Shown here: piece after piece, positions 1-14,518 of the stretch | Numbering within the stretch: position 1 is the stretch's first letter | Layout: each line of letters opens with the position of its first letter | Assembly: GCA_965153355.1 (NCBI GenBank) | Contig: OZ231126.1 | Coordinates: forward strand, 12,958,001-13,022,000 | Length of the DNA: 64,000 nt | Direction of reading: 5' to 3' | Source: Flaccisagitta enflata | Taxonomy: Eukaryota | Notes under the pieces: model-generated | What the model saw: only the letters and a program-made list of their open reading frames with translations | Told to the model about the DNA's origin: nothing | Database searches by the model: none | Translations under genes and position numbers: made by a program

Positions 1-1441
1 CTGAAATTCTTGTTTTTCTTGAATGTTCATCTGTTAAAGAAGCTGTGCTTGCTAGCATAACTGCCATAGGATTGAGGTAATTGAGATAAAGATATATTGA
101 AAATAGTTAATTTTGGTGTTTTTTGCGATTTTTGCAATGTTTGGCTCCGCAACAAGCGATCTATTAAAGGGCACCCGTTGCACATTTTTCAAAGAAAGCA
201 TAAAATTACAACTATTTTTGTCCTAGAGGATGTCAATGGTCAGTTTGAGAAACCACTTTTATACTTTCATGATACTGCATCCTGTCTGGGATGTCCTACA
301 TTTGAAGGTTTCCGTTTAGCGAGACCTGTCACGTCAAACAACGACGTCAGCCTCGATATTCAAGTCTCGATGTTTAAGTCTCAATGTTCTTGAAATATAT
401 CGACAAATAGAAGAAGATGAAGAATAGTCGCAAAAGCGTTATATGGGCGGCGGTATACGATACGGTCGATGCCCCTAAGTTAGTATATGTCTGAAGCAGG
501 TAGTAAGAGGGGCATCGGCCCAAAAGAGGACGATGCTCTATGTTTAGGCTCATAGAAAATCATATGGAATTTTAGGGCCTTTGAGGTTGAGATAATAGTC
601 TCAACTTCGGCTTTAAGCCTTGACTCTGGAATTTGGTTCTTGAAACTGAAATATGCTCCTTGAGGCGGGAATATAGGGCTTGAAACTATTTTTTGGCTAT
701 CAAGGCTAGAATTTGCATTTGGTCATTGAGGCTGGAATATGGGCTCTAAGGCTGAGATTGAACTTGGAATCTGGGATTGAACCTCAAAGTTGAGATAGGG
801 GGTCAACCCTGGGATTGGACCATGATGCAATTATTTCAGTTAAGGGAGGGGGGGGGGGGGATGGATATGGAGGAAATATTTCCCCATATGTGAAAGCATA
901 GGTGATCGGTCACTTTGAGGCCGCCACCCAAAAACCAGAAATGAAGTGGACAGATGTTCAGATCTGTTAACACACGCGAAAACGCCCTAATGAAGAGTCT
1001 TGTACTTCACTGAATGATGTTTTATTTTTTGTTTCTGAATCCATGTACAGACAGATTTTCATCTGAATGGAAGTTGATAAAAGAAAAAAAGACAAGCATT
1101 TATTGTTTATGTTTATGAAGTCAATCATGATTCTCTTGTCTTTTTCACTCAAAGCAAGGGCAATAATCAGCTCTTGCACTAACTGAGTTGTCACGGTTTT
1201 GCAGAGAGAGAAAAAGAGAGAAAAAAAAAAGAGAAAGAGAAAAAAAATCTAAATAATGAAAAATTAGTCTCAGTCGAAAAATTTATCGAGTTATATGAAA
1301 GATCAAAGAGAAATTTGACTTTTCGTAAAAGAGAAAATTTACTAAGTGATTGAATGTTTTTGACAAGCTTCAAATTCTGAGTCCTAGAAGAAATCAAAGT
1401 TGATTTGTTTTGAATAAGAGAGGGAAAGAGGAAAGAGAGGG

Positions 1442-1606
<165 letters not shown>

Positions 1607-2693
1607 CAAGGACAGACATAGAGAGTATGAAACGGCAAAAAAAGAGGAGATCTTACATGATAGACTGATGACAGACAAGCAGATATTTTCGCTTTGCTTT
1701 TATCCATGAGGGGGAACGTGGCAGAGTGGGATGGGAGGAAGGTTGTATTTGAGGTAATGAAAAAAAACGCGAATATCATTAGATGGTCTACGGTACCCCA
1801 TAACCCGTGGTAAGGTTTATGACTATATCATGAAGGGGCAACAGCTATTACGGGACCAACGATGTTTTTCAGTTTGGATTTTGACTCTGAGGCAGGAATT
1901 TTACCATGAGGTGGAGATTCTTGCCTAGAGACTAGGATTTTAGCATGGAGACTGGAATCTGTGCTTGGAGACTAGGACTTAAGGTTGTAACCTTGGGCTT
2001 GGGCTTAGAGGCTGGACTTAGGCATGGAGGCTGGAATTCGTCCTGAATTGACCTTAATGTCCGAGTCATACTAACAAAGAGACTAAAAAGTCTACTTGAT
2101 CATTCGATTCATAGATATGGATCGATTGATCGATCAATCAATCGATCTACGGAAACTGCTGTACAAGTTGACCACTAAACGAAGTGTGATTGACTAAAGA
2201 GTTTGTATAATCAAGGCTGATATTGACAGCGCACTGCTCATCATATATGTAATTGTATTTCCTACGCAGACCTCAAAAGTAAAAGCTAAATCAAGAGAAA
2301 CAAAAGTCACGAGTCAGCGATTAACGAGGTACTGCCGGTACCGACAACGACATCTATTAATTCTATTCTCTTTCAGACAAAAGACACAATTGGTCAAATG
2401 TGGCATAACCAGGCCAAGTGGTGTAATTAAAAGATGCGAATCAAAGGAAATACAAAAAAACACTTTAAATCTTCCGCAATCATACAGGAAAAAAGGACAT
2501 TATCGTTGATCGTTGATTTACAAACAGATAGAATTCAGAGCCAATTGGGATTCGAGCTCATTAGTCATTACGAGTACAGTACATAGTCACAATATGAGCC
2601 CAATACATATTGTATGTTGAGTTTTGAAATGAATATTTTGAATTCGGGACAGAATCAAGATTCGATGGAAGTTGGACGGTTGTTCGTTAGGCA

Positions 2694-2989
2694 TAGTGAA
2701 ATGTATTTGACGAATTGTAGACAACCATAAGTGAGAAAAAACGTGAATTTTCACACAGTGACTCTGTGCTTCATCAGACGCAAGAGAAGAGAAAAAGAGA
2801 AATGAAATGAGAGAGATATAGGAATAAGGTAAAGAAACTCTTTAGTTTCTTTACCTTATTCCTATATCTCTCTCATTTCATTTCTCTTTTTCTCTTCTCT
2901 TGCGTCTGATGAAGCACAGAGTCACTGTGTGAAAATTCACGTTTTTTCTCACTTATGGTTGTCTACAATTCGTCAAATACATTTCACTA
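2694..2989. repeat. Perfect palindrome: 146-bp arms with a 4-nt spacer
   Basis: 2694-2839 is the exact reverse complement of 2844-2989. Confidence 0.97.
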
Positions 2990-5900
2990 AGAATCAAGAT
3001 TACCAAGTATTGCATTGCACTATTTGGTGGAATATCAATGACGGATGCAACTAGCAGATCGATTGCTTAAAAACAAGGCCGGATACGAGGCTACACTCAT
3101 TTCTTTGACGAAGAACCTTGTTTGCACTTGACACTGGCAAGACATTGCTGCTCCAATGAGTAATAAACCCCCTTGTGCCTTTGCTCCTGCTCTCTTGCAC
3201 TCATATGAGACTGGTAATGAGTCTGGGGGTGATGTATCTATGCCTTGAGATGGAACAGTGTGTTGATATCTTGATTCCATGTGATGACCTTGAAATGTTT
3301 TCCAAACCAACAATTTTCTTTATAGTTTGTATATGATAATTCTAGCAATCTATATTTGATTTTTGGGCAGTGGCCCCAAAGGGCACAAAGTCCTGTAGAA
3401 CACAGGGGAAATCTGTCCGCCTGTACGTACGTCCGTCCCCCCGCCTCACCCTCAGGGCTTCGTCTCCTTTGGGGCCTATTCTGACCCAAATTCTGCCAAA
3501 TAGCCCAAATCCAAGCATATTGGCCCAATCTCAAGCAAAATGGCCCAAATCTGGCAAGAAAGCCTCACCTAGCCCAAAGCCCACTAGTTTGCATCTCTGA
3601 TACCTAGAGATTCTAATTGTGTTTTTAAACCCATTTTGTTTGAACAATTTAATATGCTTAGATTTGGGCCATTGCTAGGTTAAATATATATATTAGATGG
3701 ATTTGGGCTACTTGGGCAATAAATAAGAGGTATAGAAATATTGATGCTGACTCTCAATCGGGAATTTGCAAGACTGGCAACAAGTCATCCAGACAGCATG
3801 GTCATGGCACCATGCCCTGCTTGGAGTGATTAGCTGAAGAAGTGAGGTGAGAGGAGGGCAGTGGCCCCAAAGGGCCGATGTCCTGTAGGACACAGTGAAT
3901 TTCCACATTTCTTAGAGTACTAAATTTTATTTTTTTCAATTTTTTTGTCAATTTTCCATGTTATCCAATGGGAATTTGATATCTGAGTAGTTGGATATAA
4001 GGCCCAAGATGCTTGATTAGAGGCCAAGAGGTTGACTTGCAGCCTGAGAGGCTGGACTGAGGCCCAATAGGCTGGACTGAGGCCCAGAGGCAACTTGAGG
4101 CCTGAGAGGCTGATTGAGGCCTGGGAGATTGGATTGAGCCTGAGAGCGAAATTTGAGGCCCGGGAGAGGCTGGATTTGAGAGGCTTGAGAAGCTGGGGAC
4201 TGGACGACTGACGGGTGCACAAGTGAAATTCACCCCTGTGTCCTACAGTCCTTTGGGGCCGCTGCCCAAAAGCAGGGCACGGGTACCGCTGACCACTTAC
4301 TGCCTTTGGGCTACTATTACCTCTTAAAAGTAGATTAAATTTTGTTTGATTTGGGACCAATGAGTCATCTCTAGCTCTAGCTAGTCAAAATGAGAGCAAT
4401 ATGAAAAAAAAAAAACAACGATTTTTTCAAGTCACAGCCATGGGTACCTGATCTACTTATCATAACAGGCAAAATATTTGATAAACACCCTTGAAATTTT
4501 GATACCTATGCTGTTTTTATTTGAACCTGAGTATGAATCAATTAAAGCTGGATTTTGAGCTAAGAGGCAGATTTAGCCTGTGGCTGAGATTTATTTCCTT
4601 ACACCAGATTTACCAGATGGGGTTTGAGCCTGGAGGTGATGATTATGCCCCCACACTGGATTGTTTCTGGAGGCAGTGATTATCCTGAGGATGTGATTGC
4701 AATGATAATGATTTGGCCTGATGCTGGATTAGGCCTGAGCTGACGCAAACTTTGAGGCTGAGGATGGCCTGAGTGGGGATTTTGGCCTGAGAATGGATTT
4801 GGGCCATGAGGCTGGGATTGAGGCCCCACTGATTTGGGCCTGAGTAGCTGGGATTTAGCCTGAGGCTTGATTTGGCCTCTGAGCTGGACTGAATACATGT
4901 GTGTGATTGAGAAATAGTGAAATGAAGAAGGAGAAGGAGGAGGAGAAATTTCCACGAAAGTTTTTATAGGTCATTTGCCTTCAAATAAGGTTACCCAAAG
5001 GATTTTTTTTTCAAGTCACAAACTATAAATATTCATTTAATGATATTAATATATATAGCTGACCACTCTGAAAAAGCCTATGAGTTCTTTTTAGTCGTCC
5101 CACACAACTTCCACACCCCAGACTGCTGGTCCGTCGGTTATTTAAGTTGGATTTGTGTTATTGTTATTGACATCCCTTGGGGTAGTATTCCTAAATAGCC
5201 TGATGACCTATGTTGCAGACATGGGGATCCCTTCCCACGCTCCCCCCTCAATCCTGTCCCGAGGCTCAACCCAGCCTTGAGCTCAACCCAGTCTTGAGGC
5301 TCAATCCAACCTCTGGGCATGCCGGGATTCTCTGGGCCTCCTGCCTAATCCAGCCTGAGGCCCAGATTTCAGCTGCCCAATCTCAGCCACAAGGTCGTTC
5401 GCTGTCGCCCAGATTGCCTTGAGGCTGAATCTCAGCCTCCAGGCTAGGATTTAGGCCTTGAGGCTAGGATTTGGGCCTTGAGGCTGGGATTTGGGCCTCA
5501 AGATCAGATTGGCCTCAAGACTGACTTACTTGGGACTGGGAGGAGGGGGGGGGACGAGGAGGAGGAGGAGGAGATGGAGCACCCCATATGTGAGTTATAC
5601 ACAATTTCGCCGCTGCCCTGCTTCCCCTTAATCTCAACACAATCAACTTAGGCAGGGCACGGGTACTGCTGACTACTCCAACGCTTTTGATTATTTGACA
5701 TATAGCCACATACATGGAATTTTTCCTCCTTCTACGTACTCTCACCTCCCAGCCTCCAGGTCCATATCTCGCTGAGTGCCCATATCCTGCGCCAAGGCCC
5801 AATCCTGGCCTTGGAGGCCTAAATCCCACGCTAGTCAAAAGAATCTCTAAGGCCCAGATTCCAGTCTCCATGGATTTTTGGGCTTTAAGACTGGGATTTG

Positions 5901-6074
5901 GGCTCTCGAGGTCAGTGGATGGCGGCCTCCTGGGAGCTGAGCAGGGCCAGCTGGGGGAGGGGGGTGTGAAGAGAGGAGGAAGGAGTAAATTTCCATGTGT
6001 GAAAGCATAGGTCATCGACTCTTCGGGGCTGCATTTGATAAAGATACATTCCCGCCTTTCATCAAAGGGAACTA

Positions 6075-6674
6075 ACCATGGGCAAAAAAAAAACCGCACA
6101 TGGCATTTTGTGATGCCTTTGACCGGCTTGATTTCAAAAATATAAAATCAGTGACTGTTTGAAAGATATTTTCCCGGAAAAGTTCTCTTCAAATCTAGAC
6201 CGTGGCGCAGAAAGTTGTCACTAATTCGTTTAGAAATGGCGACAGTTTCAGCAGCATCATCATAACGGTCAATTGAATGATCTGGTAGTTTTAGTTTTGT
6301 CTTTGAGTGCCACATAAATAATCGACAAAAGGAAACTAAGAGCACTAAGAGAAAATGAAAATATAACTTATGGAAATTCACAAATGGCACCACAGACTTT
6401 TTTAAATCAACGGTTAAGAAATGGTAATCAAAACAAAGACTTACTTCATGAATTCAACTAGGTAAAAAACATCATATCTGTCAGATTTCATTTTGATACT
6501 TTTTTTTCAAATTAATATAGCTTCTAGAGTTTTCAAGTTAGAATTTTGTTTAACAACTCAAATGAAAGATTTTTCGAAGCTCTTTAAAATGGTCATAGAT
6601 TTTATGTACTTTCTTAAAAGCTACACCAACTAAGGGTAGAAATAAGCAATGTGAGTGATTTTTTTGCCCATGGT
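6075..6674. mobile_element. MITE with ACCATGGGCAAAAAA TIRs, TA-flanked
   Basis: TA-ACCATGGGCAAAAAA ... TTTTTTGCCCATGGT-TA; no transposase ORF recognised. Confidence 0.7.
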
Positions 6675-7101
6675 TACTCGGGCAGGGCTCGGGCAATGCT
6701 GGACCACAGGGTCATGTACCCTGCCCTAAGACTGTGAGCAAAATTTCTCAAGCTGTACCTTCCTGCTAGGAACGCCTATGTTTTTGGCGTCAATTTTCCC
6801 CCGTAATAAATGAATATAAGCACAGTACACTCAGTACTATAAAACTATACAAGGTTGCTGGTCCATCTGTCTGACCATCCATCTGTCCTGTTCAAATTTG
6901 TGACTTTTTGGGTTTTTTAACGAAGGGAGGAAAGGAAAGGGGAAAAGAAAGGAGGGAATGGAAGGAAGGAAAGCAGCAAGGAAAAAAGAAGGAAGGAAGG
7001 AGGGAAGAAAGGAAGGAAGGTAGGAAAAAAGAGAGGAGGGAAGGAAGCTGAAACGGAGAAACGGGAGGAAGGAAGCAAGGAAAGTAAGGGAGAAGGAGAG
7101 A

Positions 7102-8955
7102 TATATCGTGAGCGATTTACCCTGCGTTAATTAACGGCACATTAACGCCTCTAATTAACAAAATTGTTAATAAATGGCAAAAAAGTACCATTAATTAACG
7201 GTTGTTTTTATGCTGTTAATTAACACTTAAAAAATAATTAACGGTACAGAAACATGAAATATCACAGAATTTTTTTTTCTTAGAAATTCAATGAAAATAA
7301 GTGCTTAAAAATGTTGTTGATTATCAGGTACTCATATATGCTGATAATGACATGCTATTTGATGTAATTAACACTCTATTTTATGTGTTAATTAACACAA
7401 AAATATAGATTATTAAATAAATTAATAATATACTGTGTAAAGCTAATTAACGCAAGAACAGGTGTTAATTAACATCAAAACAGAGTGTTAATTAACTCAA
7501 AAAAATATAGATTATTAACAATAATCTGACTAAAATGGCACATGCTACATAATCAAATACACATTTTGTTAATAATTAACACCAGATTTCATGATTAATA
7601 ACACAGCATAGATCATCAAAAACAACTGCAGCTTCATGCTAATTACATGTGGCTTGATGCAATTAACACCACATTTCATTTGTAATAACACAAAAAACTT
7701 AGATTATTAACAAATTAATAAAAACATACAATTTTTTTGTATTAATTAACAGGTGAAATGTGGTATTAAATAACATCAAAAATAGCCAGTTAATTAACAC
7801 AGAAAAAATATGGATTATTAACAAATTGATCTGGTACTTATACGCTGTTAATCGTCATGCTGTTTTTGATGTTAATTGCACCAAATTTTACCCAATAATT
7901 AACACCAAAATGTTGTATATTTTCAAACAAGGCCGGATACACGGCTATAAACTTTTTGTAATAATTAGAGGTAAATGTGGTACATCATCATGTTGGTATT
8001 ACCTGATCAATTTGTTAATAATTCATATCTTTTCATGTGTTAATTAACACACTGTTTTTGATGATAATTAATACCATATTTTTACTTTTAAATTAACCAA
8101 AACATTGTATATTTTCAATAATGAGCTATCCATATTTTAGTGTTGACTAATACATAAATGGTGTTAATAACATCAAAATTTTGCGTGTTAATTAACACAG
8201 AAAAAATTATAGATTATTAACAAATTGATTATATTTCATGTGCTGTTAATTAACACTAGATTACCGTTAATTAATATAAAACATATATCTTACAATTTGT
8301 TAGATTCATCAATATTTTTTGTGTTAATTAACGCATGATATTTGGTGTTAACCAACATCAAAATACACGTTAATTAATACATATATATAATCGCTTTTCA
8401 ATCAATTTGTTAATAATCTATATTTTTTCTGTGTTATTAATTGCTATTTTTGATGTTATTTAACACATTTTACCAATTAATACCAAAATAGTTTTATTAA
8501 TTTGTTAATAATCTAAGTTTTTTGTGTTAAAAAACGGGTGGAATGTAGTGTTAATTAACATCAAAAACAGCATATTGATTAACAGCATATAGGTATCTGA
8601 TCAAATTGTTAATAATCTATATTTTTTGTGTGTTAATTTACATACTGTTTTTGATGTTAATTAACACCACATTTCACCTGTTAATTAACACAAAAAAATT
8701 GTATATTTTTAACAATTTGTTAATAATCTATATTTTTTTTGTGTTAATTAACGCATAAAATAGGGTGTTAATTAACATCAAAAATAACAGCATATAGGTA
8801 CCTGATTTTTAACAACAGCTTTTAGCACTGATTTTCATTGAATTTCTCAAAAATAAAAAAACATTTTTCTTAGTTAATTTTATGGTACCTATATAGTTTT
8901 AATTAACGGCGTTAAAGTACTGTTAATTACCATGGCCAAAATCAGGGACGATATA
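7102..8955. mobile_element. AT-rich foldback element built of TTAATTAAC-containing subrepeats
   Basis: Termini TATATCGT...GATTT / AAATC...ACGATATA; 7270-7345 is inverted relative to 8785-8865; splits a (GGAA)n-rich tract. Confidence 0.75.
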
Positions 8956-9404
8956 CCAGGAGAAGGAAGGAAATGGAGCTAGGAAAGAAAGGAAAGCAGA
9001 AAGAGAAGGAATGGAAGGAGGGAAAATAGTCGCAAAAGCGTTTGGTGGTCAGCAGTGCCCATGCCCTGCTTAGGTAGGTCATGATTGTAGTTGAGGGTGG
9101 GAGCAGGGCAGCGGCCCCAAAGGGGTCAATGACCTATGCTTTCACACAGAAATTTTCTCCTTCTCCTCCTCCTCCTCCTCCTCCTCCCAACCTCCAAGCC
9201 CATATCTCAGCCTCAAGGCCCAGATCTCAGCCTCAAGGTTCATATCACTGCCTTGAGGCCGAAATCCCAGTCTTGAGGCCCGAATCCCTCGAGGCTGGGA
9301 TTTGAGCCACGAGGATAGGATTTTGGCCTTAAGGTGGGATTTGGGCCTTGAGGTTGGGATTTGGGTCTAAAGACTGGGATTTGGGCCTCAAGGCTAGGAT
9401 ATGG

Positions 9405-10123
9405 AGATAGTCCGCCAGCAAATTTGGGGGTGTTCATCAACGGGGAATGAACGCATGTTGCTGAACAATTTCATAGAGCTGTTCATGAACGACTAAAAAG
9501 AGGCTCTTGACAAACAATTTTGTTCATGGAGGGCCCAAAAAGACATGTTCATGAACGACCATTCATTGAGGGGTAAAAAAAGCTGTTGCTGAACAGGTAA
9601 AAAAAAGCACTCCACCTGTTCATGAAGAATGCTCATCTAGCTGTTAAAGAACAGCAAAAAAAAACCCTTTTTTATAAACAGTTTTGAGCATCTAGTTTAA
9701 TCTAACAAAAAATTCATTAAGCAAACTTTTTTGACTTTTTTTTTATTGGACTTTACACTATCTTCATAATTTCTAAACCATAAATGATGCTTATCTGGCT
9801 GGTTTTGAGATACCAAATTTTACCTTTTGATGAACAGTTTTGTTCATTGAGTAGATGAATGTCACAGTGAAGACTGAAGATAATACACATTGGGTATGAA
9901 GATATTTTGTCATTAGTGGATTTAATTTCCACTCCACCAACAAAATTATTGGTGGAAGGGATTTTTTAGCCGTTCATGAACGCGCTTTTTATGGCCCTCT
10001 CTGAACAAAATCGTTTGCCAAAGGTCTCTTTCATTGTGTTTATCAACACCTCTATGGCAATGTTGCTGAACAGGCGTTCATTCCCCGTTGCTGAAAGCAC
10101 CCAAATTCGCTGGCGGACTATCT
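9405..10123. mobile_element. MITE with AGATAGTCCGCCAGC TIRs (~50-60 bp, imperfect)
   Basis: Inverted termini AGATAGTCCGCCAGC...GGGGAATGAACGC / GCGTTCATTCCCC...GCTGGCGGACTATCT; TSD not resolved. Confidence 0.8.
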
Positions 10124-10231
10124 GAGAATATGGGCCTCAAAGCTGAGATATGGGCCTTGAGGTGGGGGGGGGGGGGTAAAAAGGAGGAGGAGGAGAAGGA
10201 GAAGGAGAAAATTCCCCTGAGCGAAAGCATA

Positions 10232-10773
10232 ACACCCCTTCCATAATTAGGCGAACTAGGATGAAAAGGTAAATTTCATCAATGTAATGCAAAAAATGAC
10301 TCAAAAATATAAATGCCTATCTCCTTTAGAGCTCAATTATGCAGATTAGTGAAAGGTCACGTAAGGGCTCTCTCTGGCCATGATCTCAATATGTCACCCT
10401 CTTTTTCTGGGATTTTGTCAGTTTACGCGGCTTTCCCTGCCCCCCCTCCTGCGGTACTGCCTCTCTTGCATCAACTAACCTCATTACAGATATTTGGCGG
10501 TATGTTTTTGCATCCCATCTTCTTAAAATGCTCGAGGTATACATCCCCCCCTTTGAAACATTTTTTCCCGTAGAAATCGGCAATAATTTGATGCCACACT
10601 TCTGTTAAAAGACCCTCCATCTCCCTTTACATGCAGGAAAGTCCCCGACATCGCTTTACTACGTCAAAGTACTACGTCTTAGCTATCTCTGTGTCAAATT
10701 TCATCATTCTGAGTGCATTTTTACTATCTATTTGGATCCTTTTTTCCAGTTCGTTTAATTATGGAAGGGGTGT
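10232..10773. mobile_element. Tc1/mariner-type MITE with TA TSD
   Basis: TIR ACACCCCTTCCATAATTA; removing it and one TA restores the host terminus GCATAGGTCATCGACCCC. Confidence 0.82.
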
Positions 10774-12008
10774 TAGGTCATCGACCCCTTTGTGGCCGCT
10801 GCCCTAAAGGGAAAGGAAGGAAAGAAAGGAAGGAAGGAAGGATGGAAGGTGCAAACGGAACAAAGACAAGAAGGAAAGAAGGAGGGAGGAAAGGAAGGGA
10901 GGAAAGAAAATAACAAAGGGTAGGGAGAAAAGGAAGGGAGAAAAAAAGGAAGTAATGAACTTGTTTTACATCATATTTTCAATATTTTTACAGTTGTTTT
11001 GAATCATGATTGTGGTATTGGAGTATTGGAGTTTGGAAGTTGTTTTACTGAAAAACTAAGCATGCAATTATTTCCCTGTTGGTCTTGTGAGACTTCTCTC
11101 TTCCCTCCTTCTTTCTTTTTCGATGTCTGTTCTTCCTTTCTTCTTTCCTTCCTTCCTTCTTTCCTTTCTTCCTTCCTTTCTTCTTTCCTTCCTTCCTTCT
11201 TTCCTTGTTTTCTTTTTGATACTTCCTTTCCTTCTTTCTTCCTTTCTCTCCATCCATCCTACCTACTTTACTTTTATTAAGACACTCTCTTTCCTTCTTA
11301 ACTGCCTTTTCATTCTATACTGCCTTTCTCCTCTTTGAAACCTTTCCCCATTGTTTTTTTTTTGCTTCTATTCTTCCTTCCTTCCTTTCTTCTGTCCATA
11401 CCTTCTTTCTCTCCTCTCTGCTTTCCTTTCTTCCATTTCTTCCTTCTCTCCTTCCTGCCTTCCTTCTATTCCTACCTCTATCCTTTCTTCCTTCCTTCGG
11501 TTTCTCATTTTCTTCCTCCTTTTTTAACAACCATCTTTTTTTCTCCCTGCCAATGTTCCATTCCCCCGTTTTTTTTTTTTTTTTTTTTTTTTTTTCATTT
11601 CTTTCTTCATTTCTTTTTTCTTTTCTTTTTTTTTCCTTTTTTTCTTCCTTTTTCCTTCCCTTTTCTTTTTCTTTTTCTTTTCCTTCCTTCTTCCCCTTCC
11701 TTCCTTCCTGCCAGCCTAGCTAGCTTCCTGCGAGCGCCGCACGCTCGCATCGGCTACGCCCTCCGCTGACCATCTAACGCTTTTGCGACTATTACTTTTT
11801 TGGCCTTTTTTAGCTTTTTGAGCTTACGGCTCCTGTTCAGATGCCCTAGTGATCTCCAGCACTGCTCCTGCCCACCCACTCGCAACTAGGGTAGCAGTGT
11901 ATCCGACCTTGTTTTCCCACCTTGTTTTCAGTGCATGCCTGTGTGTGCATCTCATGTTCACTGATTGCTTTTCTGTTTTTGTCATTCAATCTGTGTCTCT
12001 GTATCTCG

Positions 12009-12068
<60 letters not shown>

Positions 12069-13445
12069 CTCTCTCTCTCTCTCACTCAACTATTCTCTTC
12101 TGTACCTTGGATTGGAATGTCAGGCGGTCGCAGTAAGCTTGACCTCGATTCTATCCTCTAAGGGTATGGTTTCTTAAGGGGACTGGGTCAAAAAATATCA
12201 GTGTAGTATGTTGGTCCTAGGCGCAACCCACATCAAGCCAGGGTAGTGACACCCCATTGTCAACTTCCTTCTTGAATTTAAGTTTTCTAAATTCTTTCAA
12301 AGTGCGAAGTGGGATACTTTGATTATATCATGTTACTCACACTCAACCAAGGTGCATTACTGTGTGGTCATATACCCCCACTTCGCACTTTGAAATATTA
12401 GGTTAATTATGGCGGTCATAATGTGAGGCACTAAGTAGTAATGGGAAAACGATGTAACTGTGACGTTGCGCAGATTGATGGAAACCCGTGAAAGAAAAAC
12501 TGGTTTACATTTAATCTGTAACAAGAAACACTCAACGTTTCGGCTCTCTCTTTGATTCATGACAAAATGAAATCTTTTTTTTTTATTTACGGTCAAAACT
12601 AGAAGAAAATAAACTTTTCCAATTGTAAATTGCGGATGGACGACTTACGGCATCCATCTCCTACGCGAAAACAACAAACGAGCCGCTTGATACATGAATC
12701 TATTGCAGAGGTGCGTCCACATAAACAAGGCCAAGTAGGCCAATAAGGTGGATCGTCGAACGAATGCGTTACCCCACAGACAGACAGACCGACCAACCAA
12801 CGGACACAGCCAGTTATAGAGGTGAGTTGTCGCACCTAAAAAGGATAACGGAAAAGGTGTGCGTGTGTGCGTGCGTGCGTTCGTGCGTGCGTGCGTGCGT
12901 GCGTGCGTGTGTGTCTGTCTGTCTGTGTGTGTATATACTGTATATATGGACGTATATTGAGAGACAGATGGACAAACAGATGCTCTTCTCAAATCACGTT
13001 TGTCGATAATTTGATTCAGTTTAGAAGCTCACTGTGGCCAAAGACAGCTTAGAAATGTGGTTTTTGCACAGGCGTTACAGCCTTATGGAACGATGGAACA
13101 ACAGACCGACAGACGGAGCGTCTTATAGAGATGCGTTCCTGACGAATGCATCTAAAAACAGACGGACGGACCAACAGACAAAGATGTAACTAACCGGAAT
13201 GTTCAGTCTCTGTGAATGTTCTACTTTATGAGGATACTGACATGCTCTCAATCCCTTTTTGCTGGGATACGTCTTCAGGATTGCAATCGCCGTTGAAACG
13301 AATCGGTCGATAAGATTATGAGCGTTGGGAATGAAATGGTGCGCGTTACTGAAGCAGTGGAATGCCATTCAACGACATGTAGAGTCCCGTGCCCGCGACC
13401 AACAACGATCGGGTTACAGCATCAACACAGATAAAGAAATTACAA

Positions 13446-13588
13446 CTGTCCCACGAGGGAGTGAGCGAAATGAGTTAGCGACCCTTTAAACAAAGTGAGC
13501 GCGTGAGCCAAGAAAGGGAGCGTAGTGAAGCAAAGCGAGTGAGCTAAGTGAGCGGTGCGAGTGAACGTACGGAAAGAGCGACCGGGTG

Positions 13589-13592
<4 letters not shown>
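13446..13592 (+). repeat. Dispersed repeat family (TGTCCCACGAG..GTGAGCGA...GAGCG-rich)
   Basis: Related copies at ~19784-19960 and ~59787-59955. Confidence 0.6.
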
Positions 13593-13668
<76 letters not shown>

Positions 13669-14173
13669 GAGAAATAGGACAGGACACTCGGGCATGACAA
13701 CAAGGCCAAGTAGGCCAACGATGCGTCCTCTTTGAATGAATGTTTTTTATGAATTAATGTTTTTTTATGACTGAATGTTTTTTTATGACTGAATGAATAA
13801 ATGATTGAATGCATGCTATTTTTACTGGGTTAGAAACTCTTTCCTGTTGAAAAAATGCATGATTTTGATGTTTTTAATGAATGCGTTACCAATCAACCAA
13901 CCGACCGACCAACCAACTGACCGACGGACACAGCCTATTATAGATATGCGAGGACGCATATAAAAACGCGTGACCCTAAAAATACAATGTATGCTTGTAA
14001 CCCTTCTCTTTACCAAGTTCTGAAGAATTTTGAATAACGAATTGGAGAAGAGAACGTAGCTTCTGCGGCAACTGGCGAATCTACGTGATGCGCAAATTTG
14101 AATACAATTAGCCCCATCGCGTGTTTTCAAAAGAGGCGATCGCATAATCATCGAAATTCCGAAATTGGTTTGG

Positions 14174-14207
<34 letters not shown>

Positions 14208-14260
14208 ATACGCACACACACATACGTATACACACAAACACACATACACATACACACACA

Positions 14261-14334
<74 letters not shown>

Positions 14335-14518
14335 TATTTCACGCACTTTCACACACATACACACTCTTTTTCACACACTTACGCACACACTCACATTGTC
14401 ACGCACATACACACACACACGCACACACCCCGAGTGACTTAGTGACTGATGAACGGTGACAATCTGCAAAACCTGTGAATTATCAAAATACAATGAAAGA
14501 ATAAGGAAGGACACCAGA

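Larger units (their letters stand above)
9106..10805. mobile_element. Foldback-type element with GGGCAGCGGCCCC...GACCTATGCTTTC termini, (GGA)n tracts and inverted arrays of a 20-bp unit (GGCTGGGATTTGGGCCTTGA); hosts two MITEs
   Basis: Termini 9106-9145 and 10221-10231 + 10774-10805 are inverted. Related copies or fragments near 510-935, 3365, 3858-4270, 5440-6030, 35520, 37250, 38060-38390, 43925 and 49340. Confidence 0.7.

Noticed and set aside
2270..2510. Possible small plus-strand exons with AG/GT sites
   Set aside because: Short, no recognisable homology, no supporting gene structure
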